Source: Candidatus Omnitrophota bacterium | Lineage (GTDB): Bacteria > Omnitrophota > Gorgyraeia > Pluralincolimonadales > Pluralincolimonadaceae | Assembly (NCBI GenBank): GCA_028716565.1 | Contig: JAQUPL010000002.1 | Span: 25,491 to 89,490 of the forward strand | Reading direction: 5' to 3' | DNA length: 64,000 nucleotides | Shown here: positions 63,145 to 64,000 of the stretch, piece after piece | How positions within the stretch are numbered: the stretch's first letter is position 1 | How the letters are laid out: each line of letters opens with the position of its first letter | Made by a program: the position numbers and the translations under genes | The notes under the pieces: generated by a model | Databases searched by the model: none | What the model was told of the DNA's origin: nothing | The model's input: the letters and a program-made list of their open reading frames with translations, nothing else

Positions 63145-64000
63145 GTGCCCTGGACTGAAGTGGCGGTCGAGCGGACTATAAGTTCACGCTCCCCGGATAA
63201 AAATGCCGCAGGAAGGGTCTTAAGCTACAGGGATGCGTTAAGGGAGGCCCTGGGCCAGGCCCTTAAAAGGGATCCCGGGGTTTTTATCATGGGCGAGGGC
63301 GTGGATGATCCCGCCGGGGTCTTCGGCTCGACGGCCGGGTTGCGCGAAGAATTCCCATCAAGGGTCTTAGATACGCCGATCGCCGAAAACGGGCTGACCG
63401 GTTTCGCAGTGGGAGCGGCCCTGGCCGGGATGAGGCCGGTCCTGGTCCATATGAGGATGGACTTTCTTCCCCTCTCTTTCGACCAGATATTGAACCACGC
63501 CGCGAAATTATGTTATATGTCGGGCGGGAGGAGCCATGTCCCGCTGGTCATACGTGCGGTCATCGGCAGGGGATGGGGCTCGGCCGCACAGCATTCCCAA
63601 AGCCTGCAGGCGATGTTCATGCAGATGCCCGGCATAAAAGTCGTCGCGCCAAGTTCGGCATATGACGCCAAAGGGCTGCTGCTTTCAAGCATAGCCGACG
63701 GGAACCCTGTAATTTTTATCGAACACCGCTGGCTTTACGATGTGAAGGGCGGAGTCCCGAAAAAGGAATATCTTGTACCGATAGGGAAAGGCGTTGTCAG
63801 GCGGACCGGTAAAGACGTGACCGTAGTAGCTGTTTCATTGATGGTGAACGAAGCCGTCGAGGCCGCCAAGGAACTCAAAGACGGCGGCATAGATATAGAA
63901 ATAATAGACCCGAGGTCTCTCGTGCCTTTTGACGAAAAGATAGTCGTAGATTCGGTAAAGAAGACCGGCAGGTTAGTTATCGCGGATATGGGGTGGCGTT
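63145..64000 (+). CDS. Thiamine-diphosphate-dependent dehydrogenase E1 component, beta subunit (partial, runs off the window)
   Basis: GTG start 3 nt after the alpha stop. Translation VPWTEVAVERTISS...IAENGLTGFAVGAALAGMRPV...VVAPSSAYDAKGLL is the typical E1-beta transketolase-like fold. Confidence 0.85.
   Translation, partial: MPWTEVAVERTISSRSPDKNAAGRVLSYRDALREALGQALKRDPGVFIMGEGVDDPAGVFGSTAGLREEFPSRVLDTPIAENGLTGFAVGAALAGMRPVLVHMRMDFLPLSFDQILNHAAKLCYMSGGRSHVPLVIRAVIGRGWGSAAQHSQSLQAMFMQMPGIKVVAPSSAYDAKGLLLSSIADGNPVIFIEHRWLYDVKGGVPKKEYLVPIGKGVVRRTGKDVTVVAVSLMVNEAVEAAKELKDGGIDIEIIDPRSLVPFDEKIVVDSVKKTGRLVIADMGWR

Overview
This 64 kb window is the replication-origin neighbourhood of a Gram-negative-type bacterium, with lpxA and a GT9 heptosyltransferase-like gene present. 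Nearly all genes are tightly packed core functions, and no mobile elements, rRNA genes or CRISPR arrays were seen. In order along the window: a MarR regulator, a NUDIX hydrolase, cspA, and an 11-gene complex I operon (nuoABCDHIJKLMN) with no nuoEFG in the window. Next come a secreted retropepsin-like aspartic protease, then a complete F1Fo ATP synthase operon (atpZ-like, then atpB-E-F-H-A-G-D-C) with a truncated epsilon subunit. A long minus-strand pyrimidine operon follows: pyrR-pyrB-pyrC-lipoprotein-EndoQ-like PHP nuclease-carA-carB-pyrK-pyrD-pyrF-pyrE. Its leader holds about four tandem 30-bp palindromic hairpin repeats and a terminator-like hairpin. Then come a PilZ-TM-coiled-coil-glycoside hydrolase fusion, lpxA, rsmI, glmS, tRNA-Glu, gyrA, gyrB, a DUF721/DciA-like gene, dnaN, a DnaA-box cluster (oriC candidate) and dnaA. 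The plus strand then carries rpmH-rnpA-yidD-yidC, a stand-alone Jag_N peptide, mnmG, parA and parB, with two perfectly palindromic parS-like sites. The last ~13 kb is the most unusual part and the best candidate for an undescribed system. It is a tightly coupled plus-strand operon: B12-radical SAM, YfhO-like GT-C, B12-radical SAM, DUF2079-like membrane protein, GT9, radical SAM/SPASM, and TPP-dependent E1 alpha/beta. A further polytopic membrane protein is encoded on the opposite strand just upstream. I read it as an envelope glycoconjugate assembly/modification system.
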